64,000 bases of DNA from an uncultured Verrucomicrobiota bacterium (GCA_937860055.1 CALMBO010000029.1:425372-489371); one strand, 5' to 3'. Numbered from the stretch's first letter, positions 28,301 through 37,048 are shown. Program-made: numbers and translations. The notes: generated by a model from the sequence alone, not told the origin.

Positions 28301-30176
28301 CATTGCCGTTCTCGCTCGGATCGTCCTCCGCATGGCTGAACGCCATCGCGTTGGTCGAGGTCAGCTCCGACGGCAGCACCTTCGGCACCGCCAGCTTGCT
28401 CAGGAGCGACACGCCGCGGACCGTCCGCTTGCTCGCGCCGTTCGTGGTGATGAGGTAGCGCACTTCGGCATGGTCCGCCCAGCGGTACCCGTTCGTCGCC
28501 TCGTAGCCGATCTTCGCCCACACCTGAATCGTGTCGCTCGCCGCCCGCACCACGTTGCCCCCGTGCCAGATGAATCCCGGCTCCAGCCCCGGATCGTCGC
28601 CGTAGGTGAACGTGAACGGCGACGCCTGCGCGTCCGCCATCTCCGCAAACGTCCGGCTGACGGTGCCGCTCGCCCCCACGTACGTCGTGTCGTGGTCCGT
28701 GTACGTGATCGCCAGCACGTACTCCACCGTCTGCGTCTTGCCATACGTCCCCGACGCGATCGCCGCCGCCCAGTACTTGTTGTTCTCCGCCTGGGAGTCG
28801 AACGCCAGCGCGTTGCTGCTCCACGCCCCGCCCCCCTGCAGCCGGTGCAGCAGCCATCCCCCGCTCTGGTTCCCTGCGTTCCCCGAACCCTGGAATTGGT
28901 TCCCGTTGTAGATCGTCACCGTGTTCGACGCGTACGGATGCCGCGGATTGCGCATGTAGGCGCCGGCCGGTTCGGCGTTGGTCGGAATGTGCCAGCCGTT
29001 GCCCAGGTTCGCCGCGCTCACCGCCTCGAACGGATGCGCCGCCGCGTTCGTCGCCTGCGCGTACTTCGCCTGCCCCATCTGGTTCGTCGTGCCGAGGTAC
29101 GTCGTGTCCGCCCCGCCGTTCAGGTAGTCCACCCGGAGGTAGTACTGCAGCGTCTCGCCCAGCGCCACCGCGTTCGACGGAATCGCCGCCTTCCAGTAGT
29201 GGTTGGATCCGACGGCGGTGTCATACGACAGGCTGTTCGACGACCACGCCCCGTCCGTTGATTTCTTGTAGAACACCCAGCCCCCCGTCATGTCCGCGTC
29301 CGGCTGGTAGTTGCCTGCGTAGACGTATGTATCCGCCCCCGGCGTCGGGTTCGCCGGGTTGCGCATGGTCACCGTCCCCGGCTCGATGTTCGTCGGAAAA
29401 TGCCAGCAGTTGCCGAACACCGGATCCGGCGTGCCCACCGCATAGGAGAAGTTCGTCCCGCCCGCCGTGTTGCCCCGCAGCGTGCACAGATCGTAGGCGC
29501 TGGCGAGCAGGTTCGTCGGCATCGCGCTCGTCAGCACGTAGTACTTCACCGTCCGGCCCGGGGGTTGCCCGGGAATCGTGATCGTCGCGTTCGTGCCCGA
29601 AACCGAGGCCACGGCCAGCGCGCTGTTCGTGAAACCGTTCGTCGTCCATCGCGCATAGACGCCCTCGCCGCTCGTCGCCGCGCTCAAGGTCGCCGTCACC
29701 GTTACCGTGTTCGTCCCCGCCAATCCGCTGTTGTCCGCCACCGTCACCACCGCCGCCGGCGCGTTCGTCGTCGCCTGGATCGTGTACGGCCGGTACCACC
29801 ACGTCGCGTCCCCTTGCAGGCGGAAGGTGTATTTCATCCCGCTGGTCTCGGCGAAGGTTAGGTTGCCCGGGCTGCTCGAATCCAGGTCGCCATGCGCCAT
29901 GCCGATCGTGCTGTTCACCGCCGCGTTCGTGGAAGTCGTGCCCGTGCCCCATTGCGGATTCCAGTCCCCGTCTTGGTCGAACTGCAGCCCCGAACTCGCC
30001 CGTGTCGCCGTGCTCGTCAAGGTGACCGAATAGATCAGGTCCCCCGCAAACGCCGCGTTCGTGGCCATCCAGTTCGTGCCCCACGCGTTGATGTCCCCCC
30101 GCACCGACTCGCCCCGCGCCGCCCCAGTCACGAGCATCGCGGCCGCCACCGCCCGTCCAATCGTCGCCGCCTTCAT
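25362..30176 (-). CDS. giant secreted GH13 alpha-amylase-family glycoside hydrolase with N-terminal repeated beta-sandwich (CBM-like) modules
   Basis: 1604 aa with a signal peptide. Three homologous modules begin CWHFPTNIEPGTVTMRNPANP, GWHIPTNAEPAGAYMRNPRHP and FIWHGGNVVRAASD. The GH13 regions are FQPIHP, DGLRCDFGQGLP (region II), FMFMAETLDG (region III) and LLNLTGHDE (region IV). The C-terminal tail ends in RSYRVWVGLP. Confidence 0.8.
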   Translation of the reverse strand: MKAATIGRAVAAAMLVTGAARGESVRGDINAWGTNWMATNAAFAGDLIYSVTLTSTATRASSGLQFDQDGDWNPQWGTGTTSTNAAVNSTIGMAHGDLDSSSPGNLTFAETSGMKYTFRLQGDATWWYRPYTIQATTNAPAAVVTVADNSGLAGTNTVTVTATLSAATSGEGVYARWTTNGFTNSALAVASVSGTNATITIPGQPPGRTVKYYVLTSAMPTNLLASAYDLCTLRGNTAGGTNFSYAVGTPDPVFGNCWHFPTNIEPGTVTMRNPANPTPGADTYVYAGNYQPDADMTGGWVFYKKSTDGAWSSNSLSYDTAVGSNHYWKAAIPSNAVALGETLQYYLRVDYLNGGADTTYLGTTNQMGQAKYAQATNAAAHPFEAVSAANLGNGWHIPTNAEPAGAYMRNPRHPYASNTVTIYNGNQFQGSGNAGNQSGGWLLHRLQGGGAWSSNALAFDSQAENNKYWAAAIASGTYGKTQTVEYVLAITYTDHDTTYVGASGTVSRTFAEMADAQASPFTFTYGDDPGLEPGFIWHGGNVVRAASDTIQVWAKIGYEATNGYRWADHAEVRYLITTNGASKRTVRGVSLLSKLAVPKVLPSELTSTNAMAFSHAEDDPSENGNAMWWVATIQDDELTNLEALVQYQVAAWNSATNGGNGVVRKAEYQTDGAADEIFEYRMYTGGSGALTVNGQNADYTTTKFFLDEAESETAAITVSYTPPAGSVNVEVFCNVGRRHLADADWDEDGVPDGIRPPDGNLVTTNDAGAYFAAFPMAYNGGTGTYEWSTNAGQCGAYRLTARYQTTNQAGTTNWTWYTSEGRRDHAIVISPKKVLQQTMYELNTLTVKASNNTESGRSTFDDLIDPQHATNLNTFNEFSIEYLDKIRANCLWFQPIHPAGYDRSENDPDTATRYNPGSPYATRDYFSVNHFFGRAGTEEGALAEFTNFVAYCDRGTNRLGSTNHVGTINVMLDGVFNHTSWDAEFGEMGVELGFCTNKDDRIGWFKPGWYSHWEDYGAPATYYHTAWSNDIATAPDRGDFGKWADVAELYYGAYSCLVRHNPDNNSDYLNEEDVYDFAGMSEDTIDLWTYVGRYPEYWLEKTGHGLTNRPGQVDAKGIAYDDYGIDGLRCDFGQGLPPQLWEYIINRTRNLKWNFMFMAETLDGGVPGYRSNRHFDILNENMVFQFTQAHVSDPGTLRMQLENRRTAYGGGAILLNLTGHDEVLPWSDPWVTASRYAMVSAVAGVPMVFYGQEQGIGPYAGTADKWTGFSNFELNFGKYIPHFKKWNQLRVWGEPPYDAASREMAQWHGRVNGARHSSPALQSANQYFLSRTGGGDNSKIFAVAKYEGAGAVADGKDAVLAFALFVNDGDHSGASDTYDLAGCWSLLGLANTATNYYNVRNLASSDAEAALWAAPKTGADLYANGIWVGFTSDGGGTNIYADGAIVQYLKIEEVAAPATATSNSPAAVPYAWLDGYYPGEHSAQDYEDLAMQSASNGTLAVWQMYVAGLDPTDAEAVFRMTDVRSVSGAQIAVAAASNRAYRIEFLDGALSNAPQAWNAFQANGAWTNTEPFTNRHLFVDTGAATNSGWPVATQRSYRVWVGLP

Positions 30177-30305
30177 CCGTCCCTCTCGCTTCCCCCCGGC
30201 CGCCGCCGGGATCCGTAGGTTGATGCCGATATCCTACCAGCCCCCCCTCCCCCGCGCAATCCTCCCGCCCCCCGCGTTAAATGTCTTTCTCTCCCGCCCC
30301 CCGCC

Positions 30306-30920
30306 GTGGCATACAAGGACAAAGGACATCCCATGGAAACCAAGCGCGCCCCCGCCATCCAGCACCTTTCCGGCAAATCCACCCTCCCCATCGTCGAGGT
30401 CTTCTATGAGTTCAACCAGCTCAAGGCCCTCTACCGCCAGGGCTGGCTCCGCGTCGGCATCCCCAAAACCCAATGCGAAACCGTCGCCGAGCATACCCTT
30501 GGCGTCACTCTCCTCGCCCTCTTCCTCGCAGATGAATATTTTCCCGCCCTGGACAAGGGAAAACTGCTCCGCATGGGCCTCCTCCACGATTTCGGCGAGA
30601 TCTACGCCGGCGACATCGTCCCCGGCAAAATGTCCCTCGCCGACAAGCACGAGCTGGAGAAACAGTCCGTCGAACGCGTCTTCCTGCGCCTCCCGAAGGG
30701 CCGGGACTACCTCGCCATCTGGCAGGAATTCGAGGAGGGCAAGACCGCCGAGGCGCGTTTCATGAAGGAAATCGACCGCCTCGAAATGGGCCTCCAGGCC
30801 AGCGTCTACGAACACGAAAAACTCGGCGACCTCTCCGTCTTCTTCGAATCCACCGACAAGGCCCTCTCCACCCCCGGGCTGCGCAAGATCCTCGACGCCC
30901 TCCTCGCCCTCCGCAACTGA
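30306..30920 (+). CDS. HD-domain phosphohydrolase (YfbR-like 5'-deoxynucleotidase family)
   Basis: The H...HD....D metal motif is present (VAEHTLGV...LLHDFGEIYAGD). The start is uncertain: 30306 or the Met at 30333. Confidence 0.7.
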   Translation: MAYKDKGHPMETKRAPAIQHLSGKSTLPIVEVFYEFNQLKALYRQGWLRVGIPKTQCETVAEHTLGVTLLALFLADEYFPALDKGKLLRMGLLHDFGEIYAGDIVPGKMSLADKHELEKQSVERVFLRLPKGRDYLAIWQEFEEGKTAEARFMKEIDRLEMGLQASVYEHEKLGDLSVFFESTDKALSTPGLRKILDALLALRN

Positions 30921-31060
30921 TTCCTGCCCCGCCGCCCCAGGGCGCGGGAAAGCAGGCAGCGCCCTCCCTCGCCCGAAGCGGCGGCTCCGGTCCCGCCTCT
31001 TCCACGCCCCTTTCCGGCCTTGCCTTTTTCCTCTTCATTTTGGCATAGTGAACATTCTGC

Positions 31061-32170
31061 ATGATGAACCTTTCGTCCATCCGGTTCCTCCTTGCGGTGG
31101 CCCTTCTGGGCGCCGCAGGATGCGCCAAAACCGTGCCGTTCCAGCAGACCCCCCTGGCCCAGGATGAGGTTGACCGCTTCCTCGCCAGCGGCCGCGATGC
31201 GCGCGAATACGGAATCACCACCTACCAGGATGCCGCCGGCCCCCGCTTCGAATCCGCCAACCGCATCCACCTGGACCGTTCCGTGCAGCTGGATTTCTCC
31301 TCGCCCCCCAAATGGCCGTTCCCCATCGTCCAGGCCAAGACCGCCCTGTCCGACGCCTTCCCCCTCCTGCTGGATTCCTCCGCGCGCCAGAACTGGACCG
31401 TGATGCAATCCATGAAGGCGATGGAATACCGGGCCTTCGCCCCTCCCACCGGCGAATATGCCGACCATGTCGCCTCCGACATCCCCGGCTATGCCGGGGT
31501 CGGCAACAAGCTCATCTTCAAGGATCTCCACGTCGAGTATCCCATCTTCTACCTGCCCCCCGCCCGCGGAGGCCTCGGTTCCCTCGCCCGCATCGCGGAC
31601 CTGCCGGGACAGGATCCCCGGACCGCGGAAACGCGCGAGAAATTCGCCGGCCGCATGCCGGCCGTCATGGGCGCCGCCTTGATGCGTTCCTTTTCCTTCC
31701 TCCGCTTCGACTTTCCCGGCCGCACCGTCCTGCTCTCCACCAGCCGCGCCTATCGGCCGGCCATGCTTTCCGCCGTGGCCGCCAACCTGCCGATGCTCAA
31801 CTGGCGCGGCCGGCCCGCCGTGCAGGGCACCCTCGGCGGCCAGCCCCTCCTGCTGGTGATCGATACCGCCGGCGAATTCGACCTGTCCCTTCCCGGTTCC
31901 GCCCTCGAAGGCGAGGCGCCGGGCCCGCTCGTCCTGGGCAACCACTCCGTCGAGGACCTCCGCCTCCGCTTCCACGGGGAACTGGGCCTGCCGGAAAGCT
32001 TCCCCGCCCGCCTCGGCCTCGGCGTGCTCTCCCGCTTCGCCGTCACCCTCGACTACAAGAACCAGCGCGTCTGGTTCGAAGGAAAACCCTTGCCTGCCGC
32101 GGAGGAATCCGCGACAACCCCCGAAGACGAAACCCCGGCCCCGGTCCAATACAGAGGAGTCCCGCGATGA
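31061..32170 (+). CDS. hypothetical lipoprotein
   Basis: Signal peptide plus lipobox LLGAAGC. It has no firm family match. The stretch LLVIDTAGEFD weakly resembles a retropepsin D-T-G motif but is permuted. Its stop overlaps the MFS start (ATGA). Confidence 0.55.
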   Translation: MMNLSSIRFLLAVALLGAAGCAKTVPFQQTPLAQDEVDRFLASGRDAREYGITTYQDAAGPRFESANRIHLDRSVQLDFSSPPKWPFPIVQAKTALSDAFPLLLDSSARQNWTVMQSMKAMEYRAFAPPTGEYADHVASDIPGYAGVGNKLIFKDLHVEYPIFYLPPARGGLGSLARIADLPGQDPRTAETREKFAGRMPAVMGAALMRSFSFLRFDFPGRTVLLSTSRAYRPAMLSAVAANLPMLNWRGRPAVQGTLGGQPLLLVIDTAGEFDLSLPGSALEGEAPGPLVLGNHSVEDLRLRFHGELGLPESFPARLGLGVLSRFAVTLDYKNQRVWFEGKPLPAAEESATTPEDETPAPVQYRGVPR

Positions 32171-33735
32171 CGATTGCCGCCCAAGCCAAGATGGAATGGA
32201 AAGACGCCCACAAGCACCCCCCGGGATTCCGCGCCCGCCGAGGCCTCAATTGGTTCACCGTCGGCCTGCTCTACGCCACCTTCTACATGTGCCGCTACAA
32301 CTTCCGCTTCGCCGGCCCCGGCATGCGCGAGGAATTCGGCTTCGAGGCCCGGCAGATCGCCGACCTGGCGGCATGGTTCTCCCTCGCCTACGGCACCGGG
32401 CAGCTCATCAACGGCCTGTTCAGCGACCGCATCGGCGGCCGGGCCACGATGCTGGTCGGCGCCATCGGCACCATCGTCCTCAACCTCGTCATCGGCTTCT
32501 CGCCCTTCACCTCCAGCTTCTCCACCTTCGCGCTGCTGTGGATGATCAACGGCTACCTCCAGGCCGCCGGCGCCCCCGGCATGGTCAAGACCAACGCCGC
32601 CTGGTTCAACCGCGACGAGCGCGGCGTGTTCGCCGGCATCTTCGGCTTCATGATCCAGTCCGGCCAGACCATGATCAGCCTCCTGGCGCCCATCATCCTC
32701 AATGGCTTCACGTTCCTCGCCTTCGTCGTCGGCCCCGGCCAGTGGCGCATGCTGTTCACCCTGCCCCCCATCGCCGTGGGCCTGGTCGCCGTCTGGTTCT
32801 ATTTCATCTCGTCGCCCTCGCCCGATGAGGCCGGCTATCCCAAGGCCATCCACGACGACGTGGACAACTCCGCCGGCACCACCGTGCCCATCCTGGAGTC
32901 CTTCAAGTTCGTCTTCTCGAACCCCCTCGTCTGGTTCTATGCCGTGGCCTATGCCTGCACCGGCGCCGTCCGGCACGCCTCCGACCAGCTCGCCCCGCTC
33001 TATTTCGAGGATGTCCTGGGCTTCAACATGAAGACCAACATGCCCGAAATCGCCGTCGGCACGCTGGCGCTGATCCCCATGGTGGCCGTCGCCGGCTCGG
33101 TCTTTTCCGGCTGGGTCTCGGACCGGTTCTTCCACGGCCACCGCTATCCCGTTGCCATGTTCCTCTATTTCATGGAGTCCGTCGTGATCGCCGTCGCCGC
33201 CACCGTCATGGCCCTCCACCTCATCAGCCCTTCCGCGGGCGGCATCCTCCTCGGCTGCCTCTTCCTCGTCCTCATCGCCATCACCGCCAACAGCACCCAC
33301 TCCATCGTCGGCGCCGCCGCCCCCATGGACATCGGCGGCAAGAAAATGGCCGGGTTCGCCGCCGGCGTCATCGACTCCTTCCAGTACTACGGCGCCGCCA
33401 TCGGCCTCTTCATCACCGGCCGCATGCTGTCCGTCTCCGAAGGCAACTACACCTACTGGTTCGGCATCATGACCTGCTTCGCCTTCTTCGGCGGCTGCGC
33501 CATGCTCTCGCTGCTCCTCCGCCAAAAGGGCCGCCAGGCCGCCAGCCGCGCCGTCATCGCCTTGATGGTCCTGCTGCTCGCCGCCGCCGCCGCCATCGGC
33601 GTTCCCAACTACCGCGCCCAGAAAACGGCCCACGAAGCCCGCATCGCGGCCGAGGAAGCCGCCGCCGCCGCCGAGGAGGCCGCCAACCCGACGGCCGCCA
33701 CTGCGGCGCCCGCCCCCCAAGCCCCCGCCAAATAA
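32167..33735 (+). CDS. MFS transporter (organophosphate:phosphate antiporter / sugar-phosphate permease-like)
   Basis: 522 aa with 12 predicted TM helices. The N-terminus GLLYATFYMCRYNFRFAGP and loop DRIGGRATM are MFS signatures. The tail is Ala-rich. Confidence 0.75.
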   Translation: MTIAAQAKMEWKDAHKHPPGFRARRGLNWFTVGLLYATFYMCRYNFRFAGPGMREEFGFEARQIADLAAWFSLAYGTGQLINGLFSDRIGGRATMLVGAIGTIVLNLVIGFSPFTSSFSTFALLWMINGYLQAAGAPGMVKTNAAWFNRDERGVFAGIFGFMIQSGQTMISLLAPIILNGFTFLAFVVGPGQWRMLFTLPPIAVGLVAVWFYFISSPSPDEAGYPKAIHDDVDNSAGTTVPILESFKFVFSNPLVWFYAVAYACTGAVRHASDQLAPLYFEDVLGFNMKTNMPEIAVGTLALIPMVAVAGSVFSGWVSDRFFHGHRYPVAMFLYFMESVVIAVAATVMALHLISPSAGGILLGCLFLVLIAITANSTHSIVGAAAPMDIGGKKMAGFAAGVIDSFQYYGAAIGLFITGRMLSVSEGNYTYWFGIMTCFAFFGGCAMLSLLLRQKGRQAASRAVIALMVLLLAAAAAIGVPNYRAQKTAHEARIAAEEAAAAAEEAANPTAATAAPAPQAPAK

Positions 33736-33747
33736 CGGAGACCGACC

Positions 33748-34263
33748 ATGACCAACGAATCCATCCCCGTTCCCGTCACCCCCTTCCAGCTGAAGCTGAA
33801 GGATTTCTGCGTCTGGATCGAAACCAAGTTCGAGCGCCGCCTCTCGCGTTTCGGATTCGCCCTCCGCATGGCCATCGCCGCCGCCGTCTTCTATGCCATC
33901 TTCCATCTCCAGAAGACTTGGCTGGCCGACGCCCCCGGAGCCCTCCGGTTCGCCTCCTGGCTCCTCTTCGGCTGGGCCGCCTTCTGGACCATCCTCGAAA
34001 TCGTCCGCCGCTTCCACGACCTCGGACGCACCGGCGGCCTCTTCTGGGCCCTCGCCATCCCCTACTGGGGCATCTGGAAGGTCAGCGGCCTCTTCCATCT
34101 CGCCGACAAGTTCCCCGAACTGTGGTGGCCCTGGGTGGCGATGCTCGCGCTGTGCTACTGGCCGATCTGGCTCACCCTCCAGCTCTTCTTCCGCAACGGC
34201 ACCGAGGGACCCAACGGCTACGACGGCCGCGAGTTCTACCAGGACCTCGGCAACTCCCGGTAG
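33748..34263 (+). CDS. DUF805 family inner-membrane protein
   Basis: RRFHDLGRTGGLFW motif plus three TM helices. Confidence 0.7.
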   Translation: MTNESIPVPVTPFQLKLKDFCVWIETKFERRLSRFGFALRMAIAAAVFYAIFHLQKTWLADAPGALRFASWLLFGWAAFWTILEIVRRFHDLGRTGGLFWALAIPYWGIWKVSGLFHLADKFPELWWPWVAMLALCYWPIWLTLQLFFRNGTEGPNGYDGREFYQDLGNSR

Positions 34264-34288
34264 CCGCCCCGCCCAAAGTCAAACAAAA

Positions 34289-34318
34289 GCGCCCCGCGTT
34301 CCCGCGGGGCGCTTTTTT
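34289..34318. terminator. bidirectional rho-independent terminator
   Basis: aaacaaaa-GCGCCCCGCG-ttcc-CGCGGGGCGC-TTTTTT between the convergent DUF805 and FabK-like genes. Confidence 0.8.
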
Positions 34319-34339
34319 CCGGCCGAAGGGCAACCGGCG

Positions 34340-35371
34340 CTAGCGGCCGGCCGCCGCCAGGCGGGCCTTCACGGCCTCCAGCTCCGCCTCCGCGTCGCCG
34401 ATCAGCTCGGAGAAGATCTCCTCCATCGGCTGAATCCGATCCACCAGCCCCACGCTTTGCCCCGCCATGCAGGAACCGCGGTCCACGTCGCCCTCGACCG
34501 CCGCCTTGCGCAGCCCCCCCATCCAGAAGCTCTCGACCTTGTACTGAGCCTCCGCATGGCCGATTTGGCCCGCATCCATCAGTTTCAGCAGCTCCAGCTG
34601 CAGCCGGCCGAATTCCTCCGTCGACTTGTTCTTCAGCGCCCGCACTGCCACGATCGGCAGCCGCTTGTCGTATTCCGGCGTGCTCATCGCCTCCCGCGCC
34701 CGGGCCTTCACGAAACGCTCCTTCAGCTTCGGATGGGCGCTGCACTCGTTGCTCATCACGAACCGCGTGCCCATCTGCACCCCCGCCGCGCCCATCAGCA
34801 GCATGTGCGCGATCATCCGCCCCGTCGCGATGCCGCCGGCCACGAACACCGGCACCCCCGGCTTCTTGAACAGCACCTGCTGCAGCAAAATCATCAGCGA
34901 CACGTGGCCGATATGCCCCCCCGCCTCGCTGCCTTCCAGGATCAGCCCGTCCACCCCGAAGCGCACCATCTGCTCCGCGATCGAATCCGTCGAGGCGAAG
35001 GACAGCACCTTCTTGCCCGCCGCCTTCATCTGCGCCACGTCGTTCTTCTTCGGGAAATTGCCCGCGAAGATCACGGTGGACGCCTTCGATTTCAAGACCG
35101 CCTCCTTGTGCGCGGGGAAATTCGGCGCGATGGTCACGAGATTGACCGCGAAGGGCTTGCGGGTCTGCGCCATGCACTTCTCGATCTCCGCCGCCAGCGC
35201 CTCCCCGGGCATGTTCCCCGCCGCCAGGCAGCCGAAGCCCCCCTGGTCGCCCACCGCCTTCACCAGCGCCGCGTCGCTGATCCACGTCATCGCCCCGCAC
35301 ATCACCGGATAGCGCACCCCCAGGAAGTCGCGCCCCTCCTGCCACAAGCCGTCTAAACAGGTCGTTTTCAT
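34340..35371 (-). CDS. NMO-family FMN oxidoreductase (enoyl-ACP reductase FabK / nitronate monooxygenase-like)
   Basis: 343 aa (YPVMCGAMTWIS...LVKAVGDQGGFGCLAAG, ILEGSEAGGHIG). Confidence 0.8.
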   Translation of the reverse strand: MKTTCLDGLWQEGRDFLGVRYPVMCGAMTWISDAALVKAVGDQGGFGCLAAGNMPGEALAAEIEKCMAQTRKPFAVNLVTIAPNFPAHKEAVLKSKASTVIFAGNFPKKNDVAQMKAAGKKVLSFASTDSIAEQMVRFGVDGLILEGSEAGGHIGHVSLMILLQQVLFKKPGVPVFVAGGIATGRMIAHMLLMGAAGVQMGTRFVMSNECSAHPKLKERFVKARAREAMSTPEYDKRLPIVAVRALKNKSTEEFGRLQLELLKLMDAGQIGHAEAQYKVESFWMGGLRKAAVEGDVDRGSCMAGQSVGLVDRIQPMEEIFSELIGDAEAELEAVKARLAAAGR

Positions 35372-35477
35372 CGGTTTCGCTCCTTGATTTGGAGAATCAC
35401 TTTATCCCACCCCGCACAAAAGTGCATCCCGAAAACAAAAGTTTTTCCGCCCGCCCCGCCCCCGTCCCGCTCCCCCC

Positions 35478-35996
35478 TCACAGCACGTCCCGCACGCGCT
35501 CCAAGGCCAGCTTGAACCACGGCGTGAACGTCTCGGGATGCGCCTTCAATTCCTTCTCCAGCCCCGCCGGCTCCACCCACCGCACCTTTCCCACCTCGTC
35601 CGGGTTCGGATGGATTTCTCCGCCATACACCCCGGTGAACACGTGGTCCAGCTCGTGCTCGGTCAGCCCTTCCGCCTCCGACGTGGCCTGGTATTCGAAC
35701 TGGAAGCGCTCCGTCAGCGGACAGTCGAACCCCAGCTCCTCCCGCAGGCGCCGGTGCGCCGCCCCGATCGTGTCCTCCCCCGGCCGCGGATGGCTGCAGC
35801 AGGCGTTCGTCCACAGCCCGGGAAAGTGGTACTTGCCTTCCGCGCGGCGCTGCAGCAGCCAGCGGCCGCGCGGATCCACGATGAACACCGAAAACGCCCG
35901 GTGCCGCGTCCCCCCCCGCTCGTGGGCCGCCAGCTTCCCCATCGTGCCGACCTCGCGGTCGTGCGCATCCACCAGGATGACCTGTTCCTCGGCCAC
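35478..35996 (-). CDS. idi: isopentenyl-diphosphate delta-isomerase, type 1 (Nudix)
   Basis: The C-terminal 172 aa of the 35478..36965 ORF read VAEEQVILVDAHDREVGTMGKLAAHERGGTRHRAFSVFIV...WTNACCSHP...EHELDHVF. The likely start is GTG at approx 35996, 5 nt after the HMGR stop. An alternative ATG lies at approx 35942. The upstream part of the ORF is a high-GC artifact overlapping HMGR. Confidence 0.8.
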   Translation of the reverse strand: MAEEQVILVDAHDREVGTMGKLAAHERGGTRHRAFSVFIVDPRGRWLLQRRAEGKYHFPGLWTNACCSHPRPGEDTIGAAHRRLREELGFDCPLTERFQFEYQATSEAEGLTEHELDHVFTGVYGGEIHPNPDEVGKVRWVEPAGLEKELKAHPETFTPWFKLALERVRDVL

Positions 35997-36001
35997 GCGC
36001 C

Positions 36002-37048
36002 CTACTTGCCGCGCTCCAGCCGCAGGTGGGCCGCCATCAGCTCGCCGGGATTCGTCTGCGCCGCCAGCAGCGACAGCTCGCCGCACAGCACCGTCGCCGC
36101 GCAGATCAGGGCCAGGCGCCGCGCGTTCTGCCCCGGCTCGCGCTTCTCCAGGCAGCCCAGCCCGCGCAGGTTGTCCTCCACGAACGGCAGCCCCTTCCCG
36201 TTGCCCACCGTCCCCACGATCAGGTTCGGCAGCGTCACCGAAAAATAGAGGCCCTCGTCCCCCCGCGCCTCCGCCAGCGTGAACCCCTGCGATCCTTCCA
36301 CGATGTTCGCCGCGTCCTGCCCCGTCGCCAGGTAGAAGGCCAGCAGCATGTTCGCGAAGTGCGCGTTCGCGCTCCGCAGCCCGCCGGCCAGCGTCGTCCC
36401 CACCCAGTTCTTGCGCCAGTTCAGCTCGGCGATCTTCTCCGGGGTCGTGTGCAGGTAGCGCTCCACCAGCCGCCGCGGTATCGTCGCCTCCGCCACCGTG
36501 TACTTGCCCCGCCCCAGGATCCCGTTCACCGCCGAGGCCTTCTTGTCGCAGCAGTAGTTGCCCGAAATGGAGCCATACGCGCATTCGGGCCGCTTCTCCA
36601 GGATCCACGCCAGCATCGCATCCGCCGCCCGCGTGGCCATGTTGTGCCCCGCCGCGTCGCCCGTCGTGAATTCGAAGCGGATGTAGACCAGGTGCCCCGC
36701 CACCTCGAAATGGATGTCCGCCAGCCGCGCGAACCGGCTCGTGCCCGCCGCCACCTGCGCCAGGGCCTCCCGCTCGGCGTCCACGAACCGCACCAGCGCC
36801 AGCGCCCCCTGCGCGCCGGGCGCGTCCACCAGCACCGACCGCGTCATGCGTTCGTCGAAGATCGTGGCGCGGATGCCGCCGGCCTGCGCCGTCACCCGCG
36901 CCCCGCGCTCGACCGATGGCCACAGCGGCGTCTCGAAGGTCGCCAGCGGCACCTCCGTTTCGCACTCCGCCTCGGGCCCCGCCAGCCGCACCGGGCCGAC
37001 CTTCCGCATCGGGACCGCGGCCACCAGGTTCTCGTCGTTGGGCTTCAT
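36002..37048 (-). CDS. HMG-CoA reductase, class I catalytic domain (short form)
   Basis: ENLVAAVPMRKVGPVRLAGP...EVPLATFETPLWPS..RGARV...GGIRATIFDERMTRSVLV matches class-I ENVIGYMP...VPMATTEGCLVAS...DGMTRAPVV. Further matches are TGDAAGHNM (DAMGMNM), NAHFANMLLAFYLATGQDAANIVE and LIVGTVGNGKG. Confidence 0.85.
   Translation of the reverse strand: MKPNDENLVAAVPMRKVGPVRLAGPEAECETEVPLATFETPLWPSVERGARVTAQAGGIRATIFDERMTRSVLVDAPGAQGALALVRFVDAEREALAQVAAGTSRFARLADIHFEVAGHLVYIRFEFTTGDAAGHNMATRAADAMLAWILEKRPECAYGSISGNYCCDKKASAVNGILGRGKYTVAEATIPRRLVERYLHTTPEKIAELNWRKNWVGTTLAGGLRSANAHFANMLLAFYLATGQDAANIVEGSQGFTLAEARGDEGLYFSVTLPNLIVGTVGNGKGLPFVEDNLRGLGCLEKREPGQNARRLALICAATVLCGELSLLAAQTNPGELMAAHLRLERGK

Noticed and set aside
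30921-31060. Possible long GC hairpin (GCCGCC...GGGCGC...GCGCCC...GGCGGC) after the HD-hydrolase gene as a terminator or ncRNA.
   Set aside because: The stem is interrupted and there is no U-tract. It is within normal GC-rich background complementarity. It is not strong enough to call as a feature.
31061-32170. Possible retropepsin-like aspartyl protease call for the lipoprotein, based on a D-T-A-G segment.
   Set aside because: The motif order (DTAG rather than D[TS]G[AS]) does not match clan AA, and there is no second supporting motif. It is kept as a hypothetical lipoprotein.
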